Source: Spirochaetales bacterium
GTDB taxonomy: Bacteria; Spirochaetota; Spirochaetia; SZUA-6
Direction of reading: 5' to 3'
DNA: 64,000 bases
Assembly (NCBI GenBank): GCA_027021365.1
Contig: JALUUM010000022.1
Location: 19,150-83,149, forward strand
The notes below the pieces were generated by a model, which worked only from the letters and a program-made list of their open reading frames with translations, searched no databases and was not told the DNA's origin. The first letter of the stretch is position 1. Each line of letters opens with the position of its first letter. Positions 10,463 through 19,584 of the stretch are shown here, piece by piece. The position numbers were made by a program, and so were the translations under genes.

Positions 10463-12019
10463 TTGAAAAAGGGAAATGATCATCGAAAATCAAAACTGAT
10501 TCTTACCGCGGCAGGCATCCTCCTGCTTGTCTGGCTGTTCTTTGGTTTTGTCTCATGCAGCCTCTTAAACTTCTCGCCTTTAAAGGTCATAGCCTGGTCA
10601 CCCGGAAAGGAGCTTGTTACCTCACTCGACGAAGTAGTTGTTTCTGTAAGCTTTTCATCACAGATGGACACGCTTAAGGCCGAAAGCTCCTTTTCCCTCC
10701 TGGAAAACGGCAGGAGAATCGATGGAAAGTATCTGTGGCCCGATAAAAAAACACTCCGCTTTGTCCCCCTGCACAGTCTAATAGAGAATGCAAAGTATGA
10801 AATTCAGGTTTCTACGGATTGCGAGGACTTGAATGGAAACTCACTGCAAAAGCAGTTTTACAAGAGGTTTTCGACAAGTTCAGATGAAACAAGGCCGGAG
10901 GTTGTATCGGTATCCCCTGTAGACGGAAGCAAGGTGAGTGACAGGCTAACTCTGGTTGTGATTAATTTTTCCGAACCCGTGGATGCATCCTCCTTTTACA
11001 GTAGCTTCTCCGTATCTCCCGAAATCGAAGGAGATTTCGAGTGGTCTGGCAATGGCGACACTGTGACCTTTAACCCGGCAGAGTACTATCAGTATCATAC
11101 CGAATACACGGTAACGGTAACAGAGGAACTTAAGGACCTCTCCTTTAATAGCTTAAAGGAGGATTATAATTTCAAGTTTTCTGTGGGCACGGACACGGAA
11201 AAGCCCTATGTGGCAAGTGCAGGTGAGAGCGGCGGTTCTTTAACCCTTACACCGGATAATCCCGAAGACGGAATGATTACTGTCAATTACGGCTGGGAGG
11301 CAAATTGGGATTTTAAGCTTACCTTTAGTGAAGATGTAGATACCGAAACGGTAAGCTCTGCGATCACCTTTTCGCCTGCCATAAATTTTAGCATGGACAG
11401 TTCCGGAACACGATACGCTGCGCTTGTCACTTTAACCCCGGAAACGGGCTTTGAGTACGGAAAGACATACAAACTCAGTATAGATGAGGGCATAAAGGAC
11501 AGAGAGGAAAACACTTTAACTCCTGTGACATACTACTTTAAGGTGGACGGTTCCAATACAAAGCCGCCCGAGATTACCCGTACCGTTTTCTTGGAGGACC
11601 CCGGTTCAGGTACTCTATCAGAACTGAACTACGGTGATGTGATTTCACTTTCCAATTATCCGGACTCCCCGGGAAGTACCGAGGGTTTCTTTGACATCTA
11701 TATAAGTGTTGCAAATCTTCCCTCAGTAGATAGGGACGAGCTAAAGCTGATGGTGATGAATAATTTTGATATAACAAGCACGAATTCTTCCGCTGATTTT
11801 GTAACAAAGGGGGTTGTAATAGACCCCGAAGCTGCAGGTGAAACACCGGTGCCGAATCCTTCTCCTGCTGCAGGTGAAATTGTAGCAAGAATATTTATGG
11901 ATATAACAAACAACAGCGGTAATGCGGGAATCGTAGAGCTTTCCCTTTCTGATGGTTTTGAAGACGGAAACGGGAATGTAATTGCAGAAAAATGGGTTAC
12001 CCGTTTCCAGAAGAACTAG
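10463..12019 (+). CDS. Lipoprotein with tandem bacterial Ig-like domains (paralog of 8948-10459)
   Basis: 518-aa ORF with a TTG start 3 nt after the previous stop and signal peptide + lipobox (FGFVSCSLL). Repeated modules include VVSVSPVDGSKVSDRLTLVVINFSEPVDASSFYSSFSVSPEIEGDFEW. Confidence 0.6.
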   Translation: MKKGNDHRKSKLILTAAGILLLVWLFFGFVSCSLLNFSPLKVIAWSPGKELVTSLDEVVVSVSFSSQMDTLKAESSFSLLENGRRIDGKYLWPDKKTLRFVPLHSLIENAKYEIQVSTDCEDLNGNSLQKQFYKRFSTSSDETRPEVVSVSPVDGSKVSDRLTLVVINFSEPVDASSFYSSFSVSPEIEGDFEWSGNGDTVTFNPAEYYQYHTEYTVTVTEELKDLSFNSLKEDYNFKFSVGTDTEKPYVASAGESGGSLTLTPDNPEDGMITVNYGWEANWDFKLTFSEDVDTETVSSAITFSPAINFSMDSSGTRYAALVTLTPETGFEYGKTYKLSIDEGIKDREENTLTPVTYYFKVDGSNTKPPEITRTVFLEDPGSGTLSELNYGDVISLSNYPDSPGSTEGFFDIYISVANLPSVDRDELKLMVMNNFDITSTNSSADFVTKGVVIDPEAAGETPVPNPSPAAGEIVARIFMDITNNSGNAGIVELSLSDGFEDGNGNVIAEKWVTRFQKN

Positions 12020-12020
12020 C

Positions 12021-15000
12021 ATGTCGCTGTACAAATTGATTCTTAAATCATTAAGGCGCCCCGTATCGGTAATTATGCTCTATATCGGGGTTATGGTTAT
12101 AGGTATCATTTCCGGGCTCAGTATTCCAGAGGAGTATGTTCCCGATATTGCGGTACCCGAGCTTGTAGTATCCACGGTGTATCCCTCCGGTTCGCCGGAG
12201 GATGTGCGTCTTCTCGTTACAATGCCCTTGGAGGATGCCCTTTCCTCGTTAAACGGCCTTAAGTCGATTAAATCTGTTTCCAGAAGCGGGGTATCGACGA
12301 TACGGCTTGAGTTCCAGTGGGGTACCGATGTCCTTGTCTCCGGTGTAAAGGCTAGAGAGGTGATAGACAGAACCTTTCAGAGTCTTCCGGAGGAGTGCAA
12401 AAAACCTCTCGTCTTCAAGATAGATCCCAACAGGAAACCTCTCCTGATAATAGGAATCTACCCTGTAAGGGGGAATATTCTGGATACACGAAGAAGGGCA
12501 GAACGCGAGCTCAAAACGGAGATACAGCAGGTTAAGGGGGTTGGAAATGTCGTAGTTACGGGAGGGAATAAGCGGGAGATTCATATTGATGCGGGAAGCA
12601 GCCTTTTAAGTTCACGTGGAATTAACATAACGGATTTGGCAAGTGCCTTAGCCTCCGAGAATATAAACTTTCCTGCAGGGAGCTTTATCAGGGGAAGAAA
12701 GGAGTATGTTCTTAAGGTTAACGGTGAAGCCGGGAGCTTGGAGGAATTGAAGGCTCTGAAACTTCTTATTAAAAAGACGGGAAAGATTATTACACTTCGG
12801 GATATTGGCTCAGTGTATATGGGAGAGAAGGAACAGAAATCCTATTTCCAGTGGCAGGGTAACGAGGGGGTAGGTTTAATAGTGCGGAGAAGCCCGGGGC
12901 AGAACCCCGTGGAGGTTTCTAGGAGAGTAACGGAAAAGGTAAAAACCTTGAATGAAAACTATAGTAGAGATTTGAAACTCAAGGTTCTCTACGATGCCTC
13001 TGTGAGCATAGAGAAGTCTGTTAACGGGCTTTTTCTTAACCTCATATTAGGAGGCCTAATAGCGTTCTTCGTTATCCTTGTATTTATAAGGGATTTAAGG
13101 AGTGCATTGATCCTTGTTTTATCAATGCCCTTTTCGATCTTTTTGACCCTTATGCTTATGAAGCTTACAAATCTCTCTTTCAACATCATGTCTCTCGGCG
13201 GCCTTGCACTGGGTATCGGAATGCTCGTTGATAACAGCGTTGTGGTGCTGGAGAATATCGACAAAAGGATAGTCAAATTAAAGAAGGCGCCCACTGTCCG
13301 GGATATCGCATCCTATACGGATGAAATGGCTTCCTCAACATTCGGTTCCACCATCACATCGGTTATAGTGTTTCTGCCCGTACTGTTTCTTCCGGGAATT
13401 ATCGGTGCCCTCTACAGGGAACTTGCACTTACTGTAAGCTATTCGCTTCTCTCATCGTTTGTTGTATCGGTTACACTGATTCCCGTACTATACAGTCTTA
13501 CCTTTAAAGATAGAGGAAGAGGTGCTACAGCTTCCCAGGGCACCCTGGAAGCTTTGTACGGAAAACCTCTCCTCTTTATTCTAAATAGACGCTACCTTTT
13601 GATAGTTATCATCCTGATTCTTGCCGCCGGCTCACTGTATCTATTTAAGAAAATCAACATTCGTTTTATGCCGCGCACCGGGTCAGATGAACTTGTTGTT
13701 GATGTTATCCCTGAGCCCGGTACCGATATGGAAAGGATTAAAGAGATATCTAAAAGTTTAACGGAAAAACTTTTAAAATACCCTGAAATAGAGAGCCTCT
13801 ACTGCAGGGCGGGAGCGGAGTCGGATGATACCTACTTCCTTTCCGACCCGGAAGATTCTGCGGAAGTTCTTCACTTCTTCTTGAAACTGAAAAATCTAAA
13901 GACTACTAAAGCCCGTGAAAACCTGGTAAATAGGCTTGAAAAGGAGCTCTCCGTGCAGGGTGCCTATATAGATGTTCACAGGCCGGAAGATATCATTCTT
14001 AAACTCCTTAAGATAACGAGTACAGGAGAAAGATTTGTAGTCAGGTCGGAAAGGCTTGAAGACTCAAGCTACTACAGAGAAAAGCTGGGAGGAAAAATTG
14101 AGTCTTCCGGTTTCTTCGGTAACTTTTCGATAAAACCCTCAGGCGAAATTAAGGAAATATATCTTGAACCAAACAGAGCAGAAATAGCAAGAAGTAAGAC
14201 TCAAGTGGAGCAGCTTGCAGGTATTGTCCGGGGATCCGTTTATGGTCTTTATCCTGCAAAGCTAACCCTGGAAGGGGAAAAGTATGATATACGTATCCGC
14301 GTTCCTGAAAATGAAAGGAACAGCACGGAGAGTATAGGAAGAATTGTTTATACCGGTGAAAATGGCTATTCCGTACCATTGAGCAGACTAGTAAGAATAT
14401 CGAGGGTCTCTAAAGAGGCCTCCCTTCTGCGGATAGACAGGCGCGATGCCTTTTTTATCAACCTTAAGGCGAAAGAGGGATCAGGAAAAAAGGAAGCGGA
14501 TTTTCTTGAATCTATGAGAAAAAGGTATCCTGAGATGGAATCTGTGAGGGCTTCGGTTTTTCATGACTATCTTACCTCTATCATACTTACCTTTGCTGTC
14601 GCCCTGCTGTTACTATACCTCTTTCTTGGTGCACAGTTTGAGTCTCTTAGCCAGCCCCTCATACTGCTTGCGGCACTCCCACTCGGCTTAATTGGTGTAA
14701 TTCCCATGCTTATCCTGGGGGGAAGCAGCCTCAATTTAAACTCAGGCCTCGGGATCCTGGTACTCTTCGGTATATCCGTTAACAACTCTATTGTCTTAAA
14801 GAATACGATAAGAAGGAATGCACTAAGGAAAGGCAATGCCGATATAAATGTTGTCATAAAAAGCTCTGTGGAGAGGCTAAGGCCGATACTCATAACTACG
14901 ATTACTACGATTGGCGCACTTATTCCCACAGCCTTTAATGTATTCGGAGAAAGCTCTCAGAGCAGTCTTGCCCTCGCCGTCATCGGGGGACTACTTGTTT

Positions 15001-15077
15001 CTTCTATGTTAACACTCTTCGTTATTCCGACTATTTCTGTAAAGCCTGCGAACTCTACAAAGGTAGGGGAAGCATGA
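12021..15077 (+). CDS. RND efflux transporter permease subunit (AcrB/HAE1-like), copy 1
   Basis: ATG at 12021, 1 nt after the preceding stop (the track ORF starts upstream at 11982). About 1018 aa with 12 TM segments and two large periplasmic loops. Conserved GIGMLVDNSVVVLENIDKRI motif. Confidence 0.9.
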   Translation: MSLYKLILKSLRRPVSVIMLYIGVMVIGIISGLSIPEEYVPDIAVPELVVSTVYPSGSPEDVRLLVTMPLEDALSSLNGLKSIKSVSRSGVSTIRLEFQWGTDVLVSGVKAREVIDRTFQSLPEECKKPLVFKIDPNRKPLLIIGIYPVRGNILDTRRRAERELKTEIQQVKGVGNVVVTGGNKREIHIDAGSSLLSSRGINITDLASALASENINFPAGSFIRGRKEYVLKVNGEAGSLEELKALKLLIKKTGKIITLRDIGSVYMGEKEQKSYFQWQGNEGVGLIVRRSPGQNPVEVSRRVTEKVKTLNENYSRDLKLKVLYDASVSIEKSVNGLFLNLILGGLIAFFVILVFIRDLRSALILVLSMPFSIFLTLMLMKLTNLSFNIMSLGGLALGIGMLVDNSVVVLENIDKRIVKLKKAPTVRDIASYTDEMASSTFGSTITSVIVFLPVLFLPGIIGALYRELALTVSYSLLSSFVVSVTLIPVLYSLTFKDRGRGATASQGTLEALYGKPLLFILNRRYLLIVIILILAAGSLYLFKKINIRFMPRTGSDELVVDVIPEPGTDMERIKEISKSLTEKLLKYPEIESLYCRAGAESDDTYFLSDPEDSAEVLHFFLKLKNLKTTKARENLVNRLEKELSVQGAYIDVHRPEDIILKLLKITSTGERFVVRSERLEDSSYYREKLGGKIESSGFFGNFSIKPSGEIKEIYLEPNRAEIARSKTQVEQLAGIVRGSVYGLYPAKLTLEGEKYDIRIRVPENERNSTESIGRIVYTGENGYSVPLSRLVRISRVSKEASLLRIDRRDAFFINLKAKEGSGKKEADFLESMRKRYPEMESVRASVFHDYLTSIILTFAVALLLLYLFLGAQFESLSQPLILLAALPLGLIGVIPMLILGGSSLNLNSGLGILVLFGISVNNSIVLKNTIRRNALRKGNADINVVIKSSVERLRPILITTITTIGALIPTAFNVFGESSQSSLALAVIGGLLVSSMLTLFVIPTISVKPANSTKVGEA

Positions 15078-18000
15078 GTATCCTTTCTCGCTGGTATGGT
15101 AAAAGGACAACCGCGTTAAGTATCATTCTAATGATTCTGATTCTTGCAGCAGCGGGAATCTACACAGCAGGTTTCAGGGAGGCGGGGGCCCGAAGTAGCA
15201 GTATAAAGTATACCGTAATAATACGTCACTACGGAATCGATCCCGAGGAAATGGAGAGGAGTATTACCATTTCGCTGGAAGACAGAATAGCAGGAATATA
15301 CGGAATAAAAGAGATGCGCTCCATCTCGGAACTCAACACGAGCAGGGTCGACCTTACTTTACTGCCCGGAACGGATATAAGGGAGTTTTATATTGAACTG
15401 CGTGATGCCGTTTACTCGGTTTATTCAAGCCTCCCTAAGTCGGTTCAGAAACCGGAAATATTTTCTTCGGCTGGCGATGACAGACCCATCCTCATAGTTT
15501 CGCTGGATTCGGGAGAGAAGGATTTGAACTTCCTTCGGGATATCGCAGAGGAAAAGCTGAAGCCTCAGCTTGAAAAGATAGAGGGAGTGGGAGAGATAGA
15601 AATCGGCGGAGGTGAACCCACGGAGATACATGTGGTTGTAAACAGAGAGAAGGCGCAGAGCATGGGACTGAGCGCTAGAGATATAGGGAGATTTATCAGG
15701 CTCAACTATGTTAAGGGGGGACTCGGCTACGTAGAAAGATTCGGTAAAAGAACAGCTCTTGTCATGGATGGGAGACTTAACTCGTTAGAGGAGTTAGGGA
15801 ACCTGGAAATACCAGGCTCATCGGGAAGGCTTATTAGGCTTAGCAGTATAGCAAAGATCAAGTACGGGACGAGGGAACGTGATACAATCAGCAGGGTAAA
15901 CGGAAGGAAAAAGGTTATCCTATACATAAAGAGTGCAGGCACAGGGAACCCCTTGCAGGTTTCTGCAATGGTCAAGAAGGTGCTTGCCAAAGGAGACATC
16001 TCCTACGAGATAATCTACGATTACGGTGAGAGGCTAAAAAGGGCACTGACAAAGCTCCTTAAGGCAATTGCCTATGCCATGGTCATCGTTTCACTGTTCC
16101 TGCTTATTGCTTTAAGAGACTTCCGGAAGGTTTCAATTCTAAGCTTGAGTATCCCCGTAACGACTGCTGCCACTGTCTCTCTGCTTACCTTTCTAAAGAT
16201 TCCCGTTGGTATCGCGGTCCTTTCGGGTCTTGCAATAGGCATCGGTCTAATTGCAGACACGGGGATTATTATGGTCACTGCGGTTGGGAGAAGGCGGGGT
16301 TTTATGGGTAGCACCGGGAGCTCGGCCCGGAGAGGTCGGAGAGTCAGCGGCAGTGTCGAGCGGACGGGCCAGACATGTCAAGTGGGTCGGCTGCGGCACG
16401 AACCTAACTGGAAGAGGGTGATAGAGCTTATTCCCTCGCTTGCAGCCTCGGCCGCAACAACAGTGATTGCCGTGGTACCGCTCTTCTTTATTCCCGGAAA
16501 CGCAACGGGGGTGAGAGATATAGCACTGGTTTTTATCTTGCTTATAGCTCTTTCTTTTATCCTTAACGTATTTTTTCTGCCGCCGTTAATCGGGTCCCCG
16601 AGCCAGGTGCACGAAAGAAGGTCCTTGAGGGACAAGCGAAAGTCGGGACTCATACCAAGGTGGCTTCTTCTTAGAATCTTCTATTATGTAGAGCATTTCA
16701 TCGTATCAAAACCTCCCTTCGGGATTATCTCTGCCATGGTTCTTATCCTACTCTTGGGCTTAAGCCTTATCCGCGTGCCACACGAAGTGCAGCGAGGTGT
16801 CAGTGAACCTGTGGTTTTCTGTCATATAGAGTTTGACAGCGGAACGAATGTAAAAACTATCGATTCCGAGATGAAAAAGGTTGTTTCCGGCCTTCTTAAA
16901 ATAGGGGGAATAGAAAAGGTAGAAACACTTGCCAGAAGGGATAATGGGAGTTTTTCCGTACGCTATAATCCTGATATTCTATCAAGAAGGCAGGCGATTT
17001 CTGCCGTGGAGGCATACAACAACAGGCTCTACAATGCATTCATCTATATCCCGAAGGCCAAAAACAGGCAGACATCTGTAGAGGTGGGAATTGTCGGGCC
17101 GGATGATAACTATTTAAGAGAGAAGGGCAGAGAGGCTGCAGTGCTTTTTCAGAGAAAGCCATGGGTGGATAAAACTGTTCTGTTCTACAAAAAGGGTCCC
17201 CCTGAGTGGATCTTTAAGGTTGATAATACACGTCTCTCCGGTCTCATGCTTAGTACAGCTCAAATTGTAAGTGCCCTGCGCTGGCAGTTATACGGGCCTG
17301 TAAGTATTAAGTGGATGGAAAATGGGGTTGCCGGGAATGGAGGCGGGAGGGAGATCGATCTACGGGTTATGGGAGCCTCCCGCAGCGGCTCTGCAAATAA
17401 AATAATGAACAGCCGGGTTATCAATCTGCGCAATGAGACTGTTCCTTTGAGAGAGGCAGGGGATTTTTCCCTGGTTACAGGCAGAGCAAGAATCTACAGG
17501 CTTAACAGGCAGCGTGCCGTTTTTTTCGGTATCGATTCAAGGATAAACGATGTTGATAAACTGTATGCGAAAATAAGAGAAGGATTTGATTCGCTTAATT
17601 TAAAGTCCGGTTACTCCTACAGAATAGATCCCTCTCTTATGGAAATACGAAAAGAGTATGTAAGGCTTGAGCTTATGCTGATACTTGCTGTAGCACTTAT
17701 ATTCATGCTGATTGCTTCGCAGTACGAATCAATCTCTGCACCAATTCCCGTAATCTTATCGATACCCCTTTCATTGAGCATACCTTTTATAGTTTTGTGG
17801 CTAACAGGCAGGGTTGTAACGACATCTGTTTTTATCGGGCTCATAGTAGTAACGGGAATTGTTGTGAATAATACTATTATTCTTGTTGACGATATTTTGA
17901 GACGGAGGGAGAGAAATAAAAAGGAAGAGGTACCAAGGGCTATTATCCATGCCTTGAGAAAGCGGATAATCCCCATGCTTTTGACATCAGTCTCTACCCT

Positions 18001-18178
18001 TCTGGGGTTGATACCTCTGTTTTTAAACAGAAGCGCATCTGCAGAGCTTGTTCACAGCCTTGCCTTTGTCGTGTTCTGGGGAGTTTTGGGTTCTGTCATT
18101 ACTTCAGTAGTAATTATGCCTGCGCTTTTGATAGTCTTCCCCGGACTTACCAGAAGGAGTTTTGCCAGTATCGAATAA
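15074..18178 (+). CDS. RND efflux transporter permease subunit (AcrB-like), copy 2
   Basis: 1034-aa ORF. Its ATG overlaps the copy-1 stop (ATGA), suggesting translational coupling. It has typical RND topology and AASAATTVIAVVPLFFIPG motifs, plus an atypical GC-rich, Arg-rich segment near 16290-16440. Confidence 0.9.
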   Translation: MSILSRWYGKRTTALSIILMILILAAAGIYTAGFREAGARSSSIKYTVIIRHYGIDPEEMERSITISLEDRIAGIYGIKEMRSISELNTSRVDLTLLPGTDIREFYIELRDAVYSVYSSLPKSVQKPEIFSSAGDDRPILIVSLDSGEKDLNFLRDIAEEKLKPQLEKIEGVGEIEIGGGEPTEIHVVVNREKAQSMGLSARDIGRFIRLNYVKGGLGYVERFGKRTALVMDGRLNSLEELGNLEIPGSSGRLIRLSSIAKIKYGTRERDTISRVNGRKKVILYIKSAGTGNPLQVSAMVKKVLAKGDISYEIIYDYGERLKRALTKLLKAIAYAMVIVSLFLLIALRDFRKVSILSLSIPVTTAATVSLLTFLKIPVGIAVLSGLAIGIGLIADTGIIMVTAVGRRRGFMGSTGSSARRGRRVSGSVERTGQTCQVGRLRHEPNWKRVIELIPSLAASAATTVIAVVPLFFIPGNATGVRDIALVFILLIALSFILNVFFLPPLIGSPSQVHERRSLRDKRKSGLIPRWLLLRIFYYVEHFIVSKPPFGIISAMVLILLLGLSLIRVPHEVQRGVSEPVVFCHIEFDSGTNVKTIDSEMKKVVSGLLKIGGIEKVETLARRDNGSFSVRYNPDILSRRQAISAVEAYNNRLYNAFIYIPKAKNRQTSVEVGIVGPDDNYLREKGREAAVLFQRKPWVDKTVLFYKKGPPEWIFKVDNTRLSGLMLSTAQIVSALRWQLYGPVSIKWMENGVAGNGGGREIDLRVMGASRSGSANKIMNSRVINLRNETVPLREAGDFSLVTGRARIYRLNRQRAVFFGIDSRINDVDKLYAKIREGFDSLNLKSGYSYRIDPSLMEIRKEYVRLELMLILAVALIFMLIASQYESISAPIPVILSIPLSLSIPFIVLWLTGRVVTTSVFIGLIVVTGIVVNNTIILVDDILRRRERNKKEEVPRAIIHALRKRIIPMLLTSVSTLLGLIPLFLNRSASAELVHSLAFVVFWGVLGSVITSVVIMPALLIVFPGLTRRSFASIE

Positions 18179-18352
18179 CAGGAAAAACGTCATCCAACCT
18201 CCCATTCTTGTTAATTTAATACAAAAATGCACGGTAAAATACCATGATACCTTTACAAAGAATTGACCCGACTGCTTGGATATAAAATTACCAGAGATAT
18301 GTTTAAAAGACACTAGTTGATAATGGCTATACTTAATAGCGATTTTTATAAT

Positions 18353-18748
18353 TTATATTCCTCTTTTCCATGCTTCCACAACTGAAACAATTTTAATTTT
18401 CCTATATTTTCCCATTGAGAGAAGTTCTTTATCACCGGTTATTAAAAGATCACACATTCCTGATAATGCTGTGCCAATGATTGGTAGATCACTCTTATCT
18501 GATAGAGTGATATCTTTTATTACTGAAGGTGTGACTTTTAAAAACCTTTCAAAAATAATAGATTTTGCTTCGCTAACTTCATTTTCCGAGAAATCGAATT
18601 TTTTATTTAAGGTTTCCTCAAATTCATGAATAATGTAATCAGAAGTAATTAAAGTATGATTTTTAATGCAGTGTTCTAGAAGTTCGAAACAACTACCATG
18701 CGAAATAATTGAGGCAATAAGAATATTTGTATCCAGTAAAAGTTTCAC
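18353..18748 (-). CDS. PIN-domain toxin (VapC-like) of a type II toxin-antitoxin pair
   Basis: 131-aa ORF MKLLLDTNILIASI... with acidic PIN residues (D6, ...LITGDKELL). It overlaps the upstream antitoxin gene by 4 nt. Confidence 0.8.
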   Translation of the reverse strand: MKLLLDTNILIASIISHGSCFELLEHCIKNHTLITSDYIIHEFEETLNKKFDFSENEVSEAKSIIFERFLKVTPSVIKDITLSDKSDLPIIGTALSGMCDLLITGDKELLSMGKYRKIKIVSVVEAWKRGI

Positions 18749-18963
18749 GAGACAATATCAAATATGTCTTCATCTGTATAAATCTTTTTGTTTTCTATTC
18801 TTAGTAGCATTTTGTTTCTGAGTTTTTTTAACTTTTTAAAATATATGTAATCCTTTATTGCGTTTCTCATTATTTCACTTTTAGAGCTGTTTTCTTCTTT
18901 GGCAAGTGTGTCTATTTCTTTTTCCAAATCATCTGGAATGCTAATTGTTAAAATCTTTCGCAT
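18745..18963 (-). CDS. Ribbon-helix-helix (CopG/RHH-type) antitoxin
   Basis: 72-aa ORF with an RHH-like N-terminus (ILTISIPDDLEKEIDTLAKEENSSKSEIMRNAIKDYI). It sits immediately upstream of, and overlaps, the PIN gene. Confidence 0.7.
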   Translation of the reverse strand: MRKILTISIPDDLEKEIDTLAKEENSSKSEIMRNAIKDYIYFKKLKKLRNKMLLRIENKKIYTDEDIFDIVS

Positions 18964-19024
18964 AGACTCATCCTCTCTGTATTACATATTAATACATTTT
19001 TTTAGTTGTAGCAAACTTTTCTTT

Positions 19025-19084
19025 ATGTATTTTGAGATGTATTTTGAGATGTATTTTGAGATGTATTTTGAGATGTATTTTGAA
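19025..19084. repeat. Five tandem copies of a 12-bp unit (ATGTATTTTGAG) in the TA promoter region
   Basis: Direct inspection shows atgtattttgag x4 plus atgtattttgaa, 60-120 bp upstream of the antitoxin start on the minus strand. Candidate operator/iteron. The plus-strand 'MYFEMYFE' and 'ILRCILRC' ORFs are artefacts of this repeat. Confidence 0.8.
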
Positions 19085-19125
19085 CCTGAAAATTGATTCA
19101 AAAATATCTATCCGGAAATTCTTCT

Positions 19126-19584
19126 TTAGAAACTTTCACCCTCTTTTGCAACCTGCAAGTGGCACCAGGCATAAAGTGCATCGTAAACATCAAACTGCCT
19201 GTCAAGGTTTTCCAGGTTATCGGGAAATCTTAAACTGTAACCAACAGTAAGTGCTTCCAAGCCCGTGGCAAGGGGGCCAGCATTTCGATCAGCCTTGACA
19301 TCGGCACTGTGAACAATCTTTGCCAGTCTAAGCAGACCAGAGTCTGTAAGGCCAAAGTGTTCAACAATGGTCTCAAAGGAACACTTGCCGTCGTGATGTC
19401 CAAGTTCAACTCCGGGCGCATCAAAGGGAATTGCACCTGTTTCCTCAGAAACTTTAGTTACTTGGCTCTTGGGCACAAAGATAAACTCTGCATCCGAATC
19501 GATAAAACGGCTTATAAGCCATGGGCATGCAACACGGTCAACATGCACATGCGAACGAGTCACCCATTTGATTTTCCTCTTCAC
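19126..19584 (-). CDS. ChrB C-terminal-domain (chromate-resistance-associated, rhodanese-like) protein
   Basis: 152-aa ORF with the characteristic KWVTRSHVHVDRVACPWLISRFIDSDAEFIFVP motif. Confidence 0.55.
   Translation of the reverse strand: MKRKIKWVTRSHVHVDRVACPWLISRFIDSDAEFIFVPKSQVTKVSEETGAIPFDAPGVELGHHDGKCSFETIVEHFGLTDSGLLRLAKIVHSADVKADRNAGPLATGLEALTVGYSLRFPDNLENLDRQFDVYDALYAWCHLQVAKEGESF

Noticed and set aside
11982-12020. Track start of RND permease 1 at 11982, overlapping the preceding lipoprotein gene by 38 nt
   Set aside because: The in-frame ATG at 12021 immediately follows the upstream stop and gives the canonical AcrB-like N-terminus (MSLYKLILKSLRRP). The longer form is an upstream extension through non-conserved sequence.
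16290-16440. GC-rich patch in RND2 as an inserted mobile element or intein
   Set aside because: The segment does not add length relative to canonical AcrB-like proteins and has no terminal repeats or intein motifs. It is kept only as a compositional anomaly in the findings.
19025-19084. Considered whether the 12-bp x5 repeats or the 69-bp repeats at 25764-25915 could be CRISPR arrays
   Set aside because: The repeats are contiguous with no unique spacers, and the units are too short (12 bp) or lack spacer structure. No cas genes are in the window.
18899-19250. Plus-strand ORFs encoding MYFEMYFEMYFE… and ILRCILRCILRC…
   Set aside because: These are artefacts of the 12-bp x5 tandem repeat read in two frames. 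They overlap the antitoxin gene and its promoter on the opposite strand.
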